Of a DNA stretch of 64,000 nt, positions 19,485 through 28,338 are shown piece by piece. The stretch comes from a virus. Both the position numbers and the translations under genes were made by a program. The notes below the pieces were generated by a model. The model was not told the origin of the DNA. It saw nothing but the letters and a program-made list of their open reading frames with translations, and did no database searches. The stretch spans positions 1-64,000 of the IMG/VR virus record IMGVR_UViG_3300003323_001324. The stretch is one strand, 5' to 3'. The first letter of the stretch is position 1. The number at the start of each line of letters is the position of its first letter.

Positions 19485-21047
19485 ATGGCCTTCCGACGTA
19501 CTGCCAACGCGCTTGTCTCCAAGAACGTCATCGACTTCGACGAGTGGATGGACGAGATGCGCCAGCAGCACGAGGGCGCGGTCTCCAAGGACCACGTCGG
19601 GAGGGTCGCGAAGGAGGTCCTTCGGAAGTGCGACCCCAAGCAGTACCTGCTGTCGCACGCGACCATCGTGGCCTCGGTCGACACCTACAACCCGAAGGGC
19701 GCGGTAACCGGGAAGCGGATGGAGCGGGGCGTCCAGATCGACGTCCGCCACCCCGACTTCCGCGTGAAGCCCGCCTGCCAGGAGATCATCAACAACAACG
19801 GCGACGCCTGGGAGCGCTCGCTGCTGCTGACGACCTACCGGACCTTCATCGGCGCCCCGAACTACCTGGAGCACATCCAGATCCCCGAGCTGTCGAAGGG
19901 CTTCATCGTCGACGCCATCGCCCGCGACCTGGGCGAGACCTGCTACATCGACATCCTCGTCGCGACGGACCGGAAGCACCAGATCCTCGTCCGCGACATC
20001 ATGGCCGGCAACATCAAGGCCATGTCGATGGGCTGCATCAGCCTCTTCACGATCTGCAACAAGTGCGGGAACGTCGCCTCCGACGACACCCAGCTCTGCC
20101 CCTGCATCATGTACGACGGCAAGGGCAACAAGTTCGCGGACGACGACGGCGTGGAGCATCGCCTCGGCGAGCTCATCGGCCACGTCTCCGTCCCGAACAG
20201 CAACACCTTCATCGAGGCGTCCTGGGTCCGCAACCCCGCCTTCGCCGGCGCCGAGCGCCGTAACTTCCTCAACGAGGACATGTCGTCCTCCGTCGCCTTC
20301 TCGGACGCGCTGTCCCGCGGCGAGCAGGTCTCCATCCGCCGGTCCATGGACCCGCTCCCGATGGGGAACGCCAAGGCCGCCTCCACGAGGGTCGCCGAGG
20401 GCCAGGACCAGGGCGGCCAGGGTCAGTCCCAGGCCCCGTCCGACGACGCCGAGGGCGACTCCGGCGATGCCATGGACGACGCGGCGTCCGAGAAGGACTC
20501 CCCGCCCCCTCCTCCCGCCCCCGAGCCCGACTCGGGCGAGAAGATCCAGAAGATGGTCGACCAGGCCCAGGAGATGCTCATGGAGGGCATCGTGAAGGGC
20601 CTCGCGGACAAGCTCGCCCCGAAGCCCGACGACGTCCCGGCGGCGACCCCGTCGTTCGAGGACGCCAACCTGAACGAGACCCTCCTGACCGGCTCCTCCC
20701 GCTGGTCCTCCGAGCTCCGCCGCAAGTTCGCCGGCAACGACTCGCTCGTCGCCTGGTCGCTGCGCGTGGCCTCCCTCGTCCGCAAGGGCCGCGCCGCCGT
20801 CCGCGCCGCCGGCCTCACGCCGCGCGACCTCGTAGTCTTTTCATGGATTGACGACACCGTCAAGTCCGCGGCGAAGCCCGCGGCCATGTACCAGGCAGCG
20901 ATGAGAGCAGGCGCCTCCTCAGACTTCCCCAGCGAGCGGTCCTACGTCGCCGCGTGCGGGGCGAGGCTCGGCCGCAGGCTCACCGCGGCCGACCAGACTT
21001 TCTTCGCTAGGATCGGCAGGATCGCCTCTGCTTCCTGCAGTATTTAA
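19485..21047 (+). CDS. Prohead (head maturation) protease with a C-terminal extension
   Basis: INNNGDAW, NYLEH, MSMGC with CxxC insert, FIEASWVRNPAF; upstream of scaffold and MCP. Confidence 0.75.
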   Translation: MAFRRTANALVSKNVIDFDEWMDEMRQQHEGAVSKDHVGRVAKEVLRKCDPKQYLLSHATIVASVDTYNPKGAVTGKRMERGVQIDVRHPDFRVKPACQEIINNNGDAWERSLLLTTYRTFIGAPNYLEHIQIPELSKGFIVDAIARDLGETCYIDILVATDRKHQILVRDIMAGNIKAMSMGCISLFTICNKCGNVASDDTQLCPCIMYDGKGNKFADDDGVEHRLGELIGHVSVPNSNTFIEASWVRNPAFAGAERRNFLNEDMSSSVAFSDALSRGEQVSIRRSMDPLPMGNAKAASTRVAEGQDQGGQGQSQAPSDDAEGDSGDAMDDAASEKDSPPPPPAPEPDSGEKIQKMVDQAQEMLMEGIVKGLADKLAPKPDDVPAATPSFEDANLNETLLTGSSRWSSELRRKFAGNDSLVAWSLRVASLVRKGRAAVRAAGLTPRDLVVFSWIDDTVKSAAKPAAMYQAAMRAGASSDFPSERSYVAACGARLGRRLTAADQTFFARIGRIASASCSI

Positions 21048-21089
21048 GACATTGATGAACAGCAGCCCGAGTAGGAGACAGAGTAAGCC

Positions 21090-22370
21090 ATGAACCGTCA
21101 GCGCAGCACTTGGTCGAAGCCTGGAAGCGTAGCAGCGGCCCCGCGACAGGCGGCGACGTCTCGCCGCGCGGACGTTTACACCATGAACCAGGAGCACCCG
21201 CAGCCGGGCGTCCTCGAGTACGAGAACGGCGACCCCGACAAGTGGGCCGAGACTCCCACCACGAACAAGAACGTGGAGATGGACTACGAGGGCGATCACG
21301 TCCGTCGTAACGAGGTCGGCTTCGGCGAGATCCGCAAGGACACCTTCGACCACAAGGACTCGAAGGAGTGGGGCGGCTCGGGCAAGTACGACAACGCTCG
21401 CGAGGCCGCCGCGGTCCGCAAGGCGAACTACGCGCTCGACCTCTCCCGCGAGCTGCTCCGCACGGACGACGCCGAGGCCCTCATGAGCCAGGCCTCGGAC
21501 CTGATGGCCCTCCCGGCCCGCGCGATCGCCTCGACCCTGAAGAGGATCGAGTCGCTGTCGCCCGACGCCCTCCCCCGCGACCGCAAGATCCGCCGCGCCA
21601 CCGCGTGCTGCAAGCTCGCCTCGCGCGTCCTCCCCGAGGGCGCCCCCGAGCAGGCCGTCGAGCGCCTCGCCTCGCTCTTCATGCGCGTCGACGACCCGAC
21701 CCTCCGCGCCATGCTGAATGTCGTGGCCTCCGTCCACGTCGCCAAGGACGAGGAAGAGAAGCCCGAGGGCCAGCAGGCGGGCGAGAAGAAGGAAGAGAAG
21801 CCCGAGGGTCAGCAGGCCCAGGCTCAGAAGGACGAGAAGCCCGAGGGTCAGCAGGCCCAGCAGGCGCCGCAGGCCCCCCAGGGCCAGCAGGCCCAGGGCG
21901 ACGCGGCTTGCATGACCGCCGAGGACATGCAGGCGCTCGACCAGATGTTGGCGGAGGAGGGCTGCGGCCCCGCCGTCGCGCCGGCCCCGGCCGTCGCCCC
22001 CGAGCTCACCACGATCTTCCAGCCGCCCGTCGCCGCCCCGGCGATGGCCTCGGAGACCCCCGCGGTCGCCTCGGACGAGTCCTCGGACATCACGTTCGAC
22101 GACGGCGACGAGGAGGAGGCCCACGTGGCCGGCGAGTCCGCGGAGCTCGCCTCGCTCTTCGACGAGCACCCCGAGGTGGTCGCGCAGCGCGAGATCCAGG
22201 CCGCCGAGCACCAGATCGCCGCCCAGCAGGGCGGGTACGGCGCCTCCCCGGCGACCCGCACGGCCTCGACCTCCGCCAAGCGGATCGGCAACGTCCGTCC
22301 CGAGCCGGCCCAGCGCCGCAGCGGCGACGACGACCTGGCGAACCTCTGGGAGCGCCCTCCGGCGATGTGA
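21090..22370 (+). CDS. Probable scaffolding protein
   Basis: Acidic low-complexity protein between protease and capsid genes; AGGAG RBS. Confidence 0.65.
   Translation: MNRQRSTWSKPGSVAAAPRQAATSRRADVYTMNQEHPQPGVLEYENGDPDKWAETPTTNKNVEMDYEGDHVRRNEVGFGEIRKDTFDHKDSKEWGGSGKYDNAREAAAVRKANYALDLSRELLRTDDAEALMSQASDLMALPARAIASTLKRIESLSPDALPRDRKIRRATACCKLASRVLPEGAPEQAVERLASLFMRVDDPTLRAMLNVVASVHVAKDEEEKPEGQQAGEKKEEKPEGQQAQAQKDEKPEGQQAQQAPQAPQGQQAQGDAACMTAEDMQALDQMLAEEGCGPAVAPAPAVAPELTTIFQPPVAAPAMASETPAVASDESSDITFDDGDEEEAHVAGESAELASLFDEHPEVVAQREIQAAEHQIAAQQGGYGASPATRTASTSAKRIGNVRPEPAQRRSGDDDLANLWERPPAM
21756..21898 (+). repeat. Intragenic tandem repeat, 39-nt period (EKPEGQQA x3 plus a degenerate tail)
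   Basis: gagaagcccgagggYcagcaggc at 21756, 21795 and 21834. Confidence 0.9.
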
Positions 22371-22377
22371 CTACGTC

Positions 22378-22397
22378 CGGGCCCTCCGGGGCCCGGT
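22378..22397 (+). other. GC-rich hairpin after the scaffold gene
   Basis: ccgggccc-tccg-gggcccgg; no U-tract. Confidence 0.55.
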
Positions 22398-22576
22398 CCA
22401 TACTGAATAAAGGATACGCACACAGGCTTCCAACGAAGGTGACGAGAGAGACGGACGAGCGACACGACCTCCTGAGATCGACGGCTTCGCGGCCACGCCG
22501 GACTGAAGCCCGGCCTCAGTGAGGGGATGAAGCGCGGACGAGGATTTCGGGCTCCGACGCAACTGGAGAAATCATC

Positions 22577-23272
22577 ATGGGATCTATTGGCGGACAAGAA
22601 TCAGGCCCCGGCCTGAGCCAGGGAGCCCTGCGAATCCTCTACTCCTTGATCAAGGACACCATCGCGGTCCTGAGCTCGGACGGGTTCACGCAGGCCAACC
22701 CTAGCGTGGTTACCACGCCGTCTGCAGTGTCTACGACGCTGCCGGCGAACGTGAAGCGTGGCGTGCTCGGCGGCTCGGTGGCGTTCACTCGCCCGGACGT
22801 CGGCGAGAACACCATCGGCGGCGCGGCGCTCGTGAGCGCGGCGTACGTCGCGAAGACTCGGCCCCTCGGCCTCTTCATCAACGACGCGGCCGGCAACGCG
22901 TACGAGAACCTGCCGGCGGTCGCGTCGGGCAAGTGCCCGTACCTGCGCGGCGGCGCGGTCGGCGTGAAGATCTACGAGACGGCCAAGCAAACTGCGGCCT
23001 CGGTCTCCGCGGGCGCCTTCTCGGCCTCCGGCGGCACCGTCGGCACGGCCCTCACCTACAGCGTGGGCGACAAGCTCTACGCGTCGGTCAACGGCCTCCT
23101 CACCAACGACTGGACCGACTCGTACGAGGCCCAGTGGATTCACGCCGGCCTCTCCGGCAGCGCGTCCAGCGGTGAGCCCATCGAACCGAACGTGTCCCGT
23201 CTCGGGACCGTCCTCGCTCCCCCGGACTCCGAGAGTTCGGAGATGTTCGTCTCCCTGGCCTTCGTAGGCTGA
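22577..23272 (+). CDS. Head decoration / minor capsid protein
   Basis: RPLGLFINDA, SGKCPYLRG, YSVGDKLYASVNGLLT; directly upstream of MCP. Confidence 0.7.
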   Translation: MGSIGGQESGPGLSQGALRILYSLIKDTIAVLSSDGFTQANPSVVTTPSAVSTTLPANVKRGVLGGSVAFTRPDVGENTIGGAALVSAAYVAKTRPLGLFINDAAGNAYENLPAVASGKCPYLRGGAVGVKIYETAKQTAASVSAGAFSASGGTVGTALTYSVGDKLYASVNGLLTNDWTDSYEAQWIHAGLSGSASSGEPIEPNVSRLGTVLAPPDSESSEMFVSLAFVG

Positions 23273-23299
23273 GCTGAACGGAAAGAAAGGAAGAAGAAA

Positions 23300-24202
23300 A
23301 TGAACGCTTCTATGAATCCGTTTGGCGTGCAGGTCGTCGACAACTCCATCAGGGAGTCGATCGTCGACAAGCACATCGGGACCTCGCGCGGCCGTGCACG
23401 CCTCGCAGCCTCGATGATTCAGCCGCTGCGCGAGCGCCGCGACTACTCGTCCGTCGGTCGCAAGACCTTCCTGGTCGAGCAGATCCCGGACGGCGCGCTG
23501 GCGATCTACGACAAGGACCCGAACGTCACGGCGTACGTGATCGGCGAAGAGGGCGAGAGCATCACCGCGGTCATGAAGCCGCGGCGCGTGATCTTCCCGC
23601 TGTTCGAGATCGCGGCCCTGCCGAAGGCCCCGCTGACGCAGATCAAGGAGCGTCGCTACGACCTCCTGAAGCGCATGCAGGACCTGGGCAAGGCTCAGAT
23701 CCAGGCGGCGGAAGACGACCGCGTCTTCTCGATCATGGACGCGATCGCGGTCAACGGCTTCGACGAGCTGGCTGGCGGCACGAACCCGGACATCCCGGTG
23801 GTCGCGCCGATCTCGCCCGCCGTCCTCGCCGACGCGTTCGCCGAGATCGAGTACCACGACCTGCGCGTGGCTCGCGTCTACATGAACGCCCGTGACTACG
23901 CGGACATCCGCAAGTTCGGTCGTGACGTGCTGGACATCGAGTCGCAAGCCTCGCTGTGGAAGACGGGCATGATGGCTACCGGTTGGAACGCGCAGTTCAT
24001 CGTCAGCAGGCTCGTTCCTGCCGGCGTCGTGTACTGCTGCTGCGAGCCGGAGATGTTCGGTCGCATTCCGGTGCGCACCGAGCTCACGGTCCTCTCGGCG
24101 GACAACCCCGAGGAGCGCACAATTGGTTTTTCAATGTTCGAGAATCTGGGCATCGGCGCGTACAACCCGCGCGGTCTCGTCCGGTTGATCGTCACTCGCT
24201 GA
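23300..24202 (+). CDS. Major capsid protein (compact HK97 fold)
   Basis: LAASMIQPLRERRDY, QIQAAEDD, C-terminal IGFSMFENLGIGAYNPRGLVRL; strong RBS; distinct codon usage; followed by a terminator. Confidence 0.88.
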   Translation: MNASMNPFGVQVVDNSIRESIVDKHIGTSRGRARLAASMIQPLRERRDYSSVGRKTFLVEQIPDGALAIYDKDPNVTAYVIGEEGESITAVMKPRRVIFPLFEIAALPKAPLTQIKERRYDLLKRMQDLGKAQIQAAEDDRVFSIMDAIAVNGFDELAGGTNPDIPVVAPISPAVLADAFAEIEYHDLRVARVYMNARDYADIRKFGRDVLDIESQASLWKTGMMATGWNAQFIVSRLVPAGVVYCCCEPEMFGRIPVRTELTVLSADNPEERTIGFSMFENLGIGAYNPRGLVRLIVTR

Positions 24203-24225
24203 ACCAATCCTGAGCTTAACGGCTC

Positions 24226-24267
24226 CTGAGCCCCGGCGGCGTAAGTCTCCGGGGCTCAGTCGTATTT
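24226..24267 (+). terminator. Probable intrinsic terminator after MCP
   Basis: ctgagccccgg (24226-36) pairs with ccggggctcag (24249-59); GTAA loop; tcgtattt tail. Confidence 0.7.
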
Positions 24268-24273
24268 GAAATC

Positions 24274-25030
24274 GTGGTGCCGAAGAGAATCTGCAAGGGT
24301 CCGTGCGGTCTTGAGCTCGACGCGACGGAGGATTATTTCTACTTCCGCGTCTCCTCCAAAAACGGGAAGTCTTATCCGTCGACCTACTGTCGGACTTGCG
24401 AGAAGGACAAGTCGTCGAAAAAACGGCGTGACATCTATGCCACCGACGAGGGGAAAGAGAATCCTTTCCCAGAACCAGACTTGGAGAGATGCTAATCCTG
24501 ATTACGCCGAGCGAAAAAGGATAAAGCAAAACGAGCGGTATGCTCTGGACGAGGACTTCCGGGAGCGGAGGAAGGCTCTCTCCAAAAACTGGAGAGAGCT
24601 GAACCCCGAACGGAAAAGGGTCCTTGGGGCCGCTTGGTTCTTGAAGAACCGCTCTCGTCTTCGTGAAGAGTGGAACGAGCGCTTCCGTACGGACCCTGCT
24701 TTCCGTCTTCGGAGCAACCTCCGTCACGCCATCTGGGAAGCTCTAACCGTTCATGGGGGTCGAAAGGGAGGTCGTTCTATCCTGAAATATCTTCCTTACA
24801 CGATGGAGGAACTGGTCACTCATCTCGAGTCTCTCTGGGAGCCTTGGATGTCCTGGGACAACTATGGGGTCTTGGACCTGGAGCGAAGGACGTGGCAGAT
24901 CGACTATGTCGTCCCCCAAGCAAACTTTCCGTATTCTGACTTCGACGATCCGAACTTCCTGAAATGCTGGTCTCTCTCGAACCTCCGTCCGCTCGAGTCC
25001 TCGAAGAACGTGTCGAAGGGTTGCCGCTGA
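24274..25030 (+). pseudogene. Degenerate HNH homing endonuclease (frameshifted, catalytic His lost)
   Basis: Zn-finger N-terminus in one frame, then RSNLR..MSWDNYG..WQIDYVVP..NLRPL..N in the next, with the junction near 24450-24462; DH replaced by DY; lower GC. Confidence 0.8.
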
Positions 25031-25045
25031 GTGTAACTATGCGTG

Positions 25046-25441
25046 ATGCCGTCCATTGACGAACTTGCCGCCCTCAGGAAGAAGGCCGAAGAAGAGAGAG
25101 CCTCATCCCAGTCCCGGAAAGACGAAGAGAAGGCGGTAGATATCGCACGTTTCCGGAACCTTTATGGTACTTTTCCAGCCCGTCTCGAGGACTTTGCCCG
25201 GAGATGCAAAGTTAAGGGTCTTCGAGCTCGCTGGGATCCCAATAATATGCTTTCTGTGTCCGCTGATGGAGCGCGCTTGACCTTCAGTCTGTCCTGGTCT
25301 GGCATCCCTGGGCAGTGTGGATTTGAAGTGAAGGACTCCGTCGCTAGGAATAGTCGTCGCCAACGTGTCGCCATCGACGTACTTGAGGACGATTCGAAGC
25401 TCGAGGAGTTCTTGGTCGGGGTCTTAGAGCTCTACCTGTGA
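25046..25441 (+). CDS. Hypothetical protein (low-GC)
   Basis: GTAACTA motif upstream; stop overlaps the next start. Confidence 0.6.
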   Translation: MPSIDELAALRKKAEEERASSQSRKDEEKAVDIARFRNLYGTFPARLEDFARRCKVKGLRARWDPNNMLSVSADGARLTFSLSWSGIPGQCGFEVKDSVARNSRRQRVAIDVLEDDSKLEEFLVGVLELYL

Positions 25442-26346
25442 TCTCTCCCGTGATCCCCGTCCACTTCGATATGGAGACGCAGGATCCGGACGACGTGATG
25501 ACGCTCGCCCTCCTGGCGACTCATCCGCGCGTTCGCCTCGTCGGCGTCACGCTCACTCCGGGCGGACGGGAGCAGCACGACCTCGTCCGGCACGTCCTGG
25601 GCCTTCTCGGCCGCCCCGACGTCCCCGTCGGCTCCGGCGACCCCGCGAGGACGAAGCCCGCGGTTTCGGACTTCCACTATTTCTGGCTCGGACGCCCACC
25701 AGCCTCCGAGGGTTACTTCCCCTCCGCCCTGCAGGTCCTCCATGAGGTCCTCGGCGACTACCCCGACGCCGTCCTCCTCACCGGCGGACCGTTAAAGAAC
25801 TTCCGGGTTCGCGACTTCCCGGACTTCTTCCGGACCTGGGTCGGCCAGGGAGGGTTCGCCGGGGACTCCGTCGTCCCTCCCGAGCACCGCCTCCCGAAGT
25901 TCGCCGGGCGCGAGACCTGCCCGTCCTTCAACCCTAACGGGGATGTGAAGGCCTTCCTCGGCATGCTCTCGGAGCCTCGCCTCCACGAGCGCGTTCTCGT
26001 CTCCAAGAACGTCTGCCACGGCGTTGCCTGGGACCGGGACTTCCACGAGCGCGTGAAGGCCCTCCCTCGGCGGACGGCGGGCCTCGAGCTTGTCCTCGGA
26101 GGGATGGAGCTCTACCTCCAGAAGAACCCCCTGGGGAAGCTCCTGCACGACCCTCTCGCCGCTTGCGTGGCCATCGACCGCTCCGTCTGCGGGCTCGCGC
26201 GCGTGGAGGCCTACCGCGAGAAGGGCGAGTGGGGCTCCCGCGTCCCCGAGCTCCCTTCCCTCGGCGACCCCGACGGCGGCGCCAACGCCTGGATAACGAC
26301 CTCCGTCGACCGGGAGCGCTTCTTCTCCGTCCTCACGGAGTGCTGA
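25438..26346 (+). CDS. Nucleoside hydrolase (IU-NH family)
   Basis: DMETQDPDD, LTGGPL.N, SFN, LHDPLAA. Confidence 0.85.
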   Translation: MISPVIPVHFDMETQDPDDVMTLALLATHPRVRLVGVTLTPGGREQHDLVRHVLGLLGRPDVPVGSGDPARTKPAVSDFHYFWLGRPPASEGYFPSALQVLHEVLGDYPDAVLLTGGPLKNFRVRDFPDFFRTWVGQGGFAGDSVVPPEHRLPKFAGRETCPSFNPNGDVKAFLGMLSEPRLHERVLVSKNVCHGVAWDRDFHERVKALPRRTAGLELVLGGMELYLQKNPLGKLLHDPLAACVAIDRSVCGLARVEAYREKGEWGSRVPELPSLGDPDGGANAWITTSVDRERFFSVLTEC

Positions 26347-26358
26347 CCGAGAGCCCCG

Positions 26359-26940
26359 GTGCTCTGTGTACTCTTCCTTGTGTCTCGCAAGAGCCCTGCC
26401 GCGCCCTCCGTGGACTGGACAGAGCACCCCCTCTGCCTTGCCTTTTACTCTGACGCTCCGCCGATCGGAGCCCCGATCTACGACACTGTGCTCGGGGAGT
26501 GGAACCTTGTGGAGAGGTCCGGATCCCGCGTCTGGGTCGCGTCCCCGCCGCACCGCTCCACGACGCGCGTTGACTATTGCGTCGATGACCTGCACGACGT
26601 GTGCGGGAGCCTCCTGAAGCTGGCATCGGCCCTCGGGAGCTTCTTCGTCGTCCCTGGGAAGGACTTCCTGAAGGTTGGGGAAGTCCACTTTGGGAGCTCC
26701 CCCGAGTTCAGGCTTTCCCTCGTTCATCCTGGCGAGAGGAGGTTTCTGCACTGTGGTAAGAATGTCGAGTGTGCGGGCGTGCCTCCCGGGCACGCCGTCT
26801 CTTTCCATCTCGACGCGGACCGCGCTGGCCGTATCTCCTTCGACGTCTCGAGGAAGCGCTATGGCATCACGGTCTTCGACCGGTTCTTCGTCTTCCGCGT
26901 CCGCGAGGACGTTGGCGAGATGGGTCCGGTCCCTGCCTAG
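26359..26940 (+). CDS. Hypothetical protein (start uncertain)
   Basis: The only plausible + ORF filling the gap. Confidence 0.5.
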   Translation: MLCVLFLVSRKSPAAPSVDWTEHPLCLAFYSDAPPIGAPIYDTVLGEWNLVERSGSRVWVASPPHRSTTRVDYCVDDLHDVCGSLLKLASALGSFFVVPGKDFLKVGEVHFGSSPEFRLSLVHPGERRFLHCGKNVECAGVPPGHAVSFHLDADRAGRISFDVSRKRYGITVFDRFFVFRVREDVGEMGPVPA

Positions 26941-27050
26941 CTGTACTTCCCTCCCGTGCACTCCGAGCCGTCGACTCTTGACGCCCAGCGTTTCCTGAAG
27001 CTTCAGGACCTCTGCCGGAGGTGGGTAGGTCCCTGTCTGTAACTTCGGGT

Positions 27051-27431
27051 ATGCATAACATCATCGACGAGTGCCGTGACTTTCTGGACAGACTTCGCTC
27101 CCTGGATGCCGTCAAGGCCAGGAAGGCGGCCGAGGAGGCCAGGGCCCGGGAGTTCAGGGACAACCGTGTCAAGAAGTTTCGAGACGACCTACCGATGGCG
27201 CTCGCCGACCTGGCCTCGCTCCTCGCGGAACGGAACGCCTCCAGCGACGACTCCTCCATCACCATCGACGGGCTCACCCTGGCGTTCCTCGTCCGGATCG
27301 ACGACTCGATGCGCATCCAGTACGACATGATGGAGGAGAGGGGTGAGGTCGATGTTTCCTCCCTTGACTCTCCCGAGAAGATCCAGTCTTTCGTGTTGAG
27401 GGTCTTCCGGGCTCCTCTCGGCATCGCCTGA
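27051..27431 (+). CDS. Hypothetical protein
   Basis: GTAACTT motif 5 nt before ATG. Confidence 0.6.
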   Translation: MHNIIDECRDFLDRLRSLDAVKARKAAEEARAREFRDNRVKKFRDDLPMALADLASLLAERNASSDDSSITIDGLTLAFLVRIDDSMRIQYDMMEERGEVDVSSLDSPEKIQSFVLRVFRAPLGIA

Positions 27432-27467
27432 TTGCGGCGCGCCTAGGCTCGGCTGTATCTCTCCTCC

Positions 27468-27728
27468 ATGGCATCTGCCAAGAAGAAACCCGCGTCCTAC
27501 GAGGACTCCTTCCGCCCTCTCTCCTGGATAGTCAGGAACGCCCCGAAGTTCGTCCGCCGGGACTCGGGCGGGCAGGACGCCCGCCTCGCGGCGGCTTCTG
27601 CTATAACGGAGGCCGGGGTCGTCGACCTCGTCGACGCCTACCTCCTCGGCGCGAAGAGGACGCGCCAGACCATCGACAGGTACCTGGAGCCGGTCTGGGC
27701 CAGCCTCAGGACCATCGTCGGGAAGTGA
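27468..27728 (+). CDS. Hypothetical protein
   Basis: GTATCTC motif upstream; typical codon usage. Confidence 0.65.
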   Translation: MASAKKKPASYEDSFRPLSWIVRNAPKFVRRDSGGQDARLAAASAITEAGVVDLVDAYLLGAKRTRQTIDRYLEPVWASLRTIVGK

Positions 27729-27752
27729 CGGCCTCCCCTCCGTATCCCGCCC

Positions 27753-28043
27753 GTGCCCCGTCCCGCCCTCTTCCTTCTCCTTCTCGCGGTCGTCGGCTGC
27801 AGGCGCCCCTTCCTCGACTGGGTCGTGGTCCGCCCTCCCGAGCGCCCTCCGCTCGTCCTCCTTCAGTGCAGCCTGCGCGAGGACTGCCTCTCTGCCGCGG
27901 ACCGTATCTGCCGCTATGGCTTCGACGTGGCCGACGGCGGCTTCGAGGTGAGGAGCAGCGACGACTCCCGAGCCCTGGAGGCCGCCCTCGACCAGGCGTG
28001 GAACCGAGGCGCTTCGTCGCGCGTCTCGACTCCTCGATGGTAG
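27753..28043 (+). CDS. Putative lipoprotein
   Basis: Signal peptide with lipobox-like AVVGC; C..C..C pattern. Confidence 0.5.
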   Translation: MPRPALFLLLLAVVGCRRPFLDWVVVRPPERPPLVLLQCSLREDCLSAADRICRYGFDVADGGFEVRSSDDSRALEAALDQAWNRGASSRVSTPRW

Positions 28044-28158
28044 CCCGCTGTCGCGAGCCCGGCCCTCCTCCCACGCCGCCGAGGGTGACCGTGACGAGGA
28101 GCGTCCCGGCCGTGATACCCTCGACGGCCTCCGACCCCGGGTTCTAGCGCCTTTCTCC

Positions 28159-28338
28159 GTACGCTCGCGGTAGGGTTGGCTTACGGCCCTCCCTCGGGCC
28201 GGCACCGCAAGGGCCAGCCCTCACCGGCCCGCAGGAGCGGCAGAGCGAGTACGAGCTCGCGCAGGGGCTGACACGGTCCTTCCCGGACCGGACGGCGAGT
28301 GAGGGTCGCGCGGATCCGGTCCGAGCAAGAAGGTCCGC
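28159..28338 (+). ncRNA. Candidate structured 5' leader RNA
   Basis: Nested stems: cggt/accg, agggttggc (28172-80)/gccagccct (28213-21), ggccc/gggcc, and a GCAA-capped hairpin. Confidence 0.5.

Noticed and set aside
22400-22576. Ribozyme or riboswitch in the capsid leader
   Set aside because: No hammerhead core or known aptamer consensus was recognisable by eye. It is kept only as a weak leader observation.
23300-24202. Encapsulin rather than phage capsid
   Set aside because: The context of terminase, portal, protease and scaffold genes indicates a viral capsid.
24451-24458. G GGA AAG as a programmed -1 frameshift site in the HNH gene
   Set aside because: The heptamer is in the downstream frame. 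Joining the two halves needs a +1 shift, and the catalytic His is also lost.
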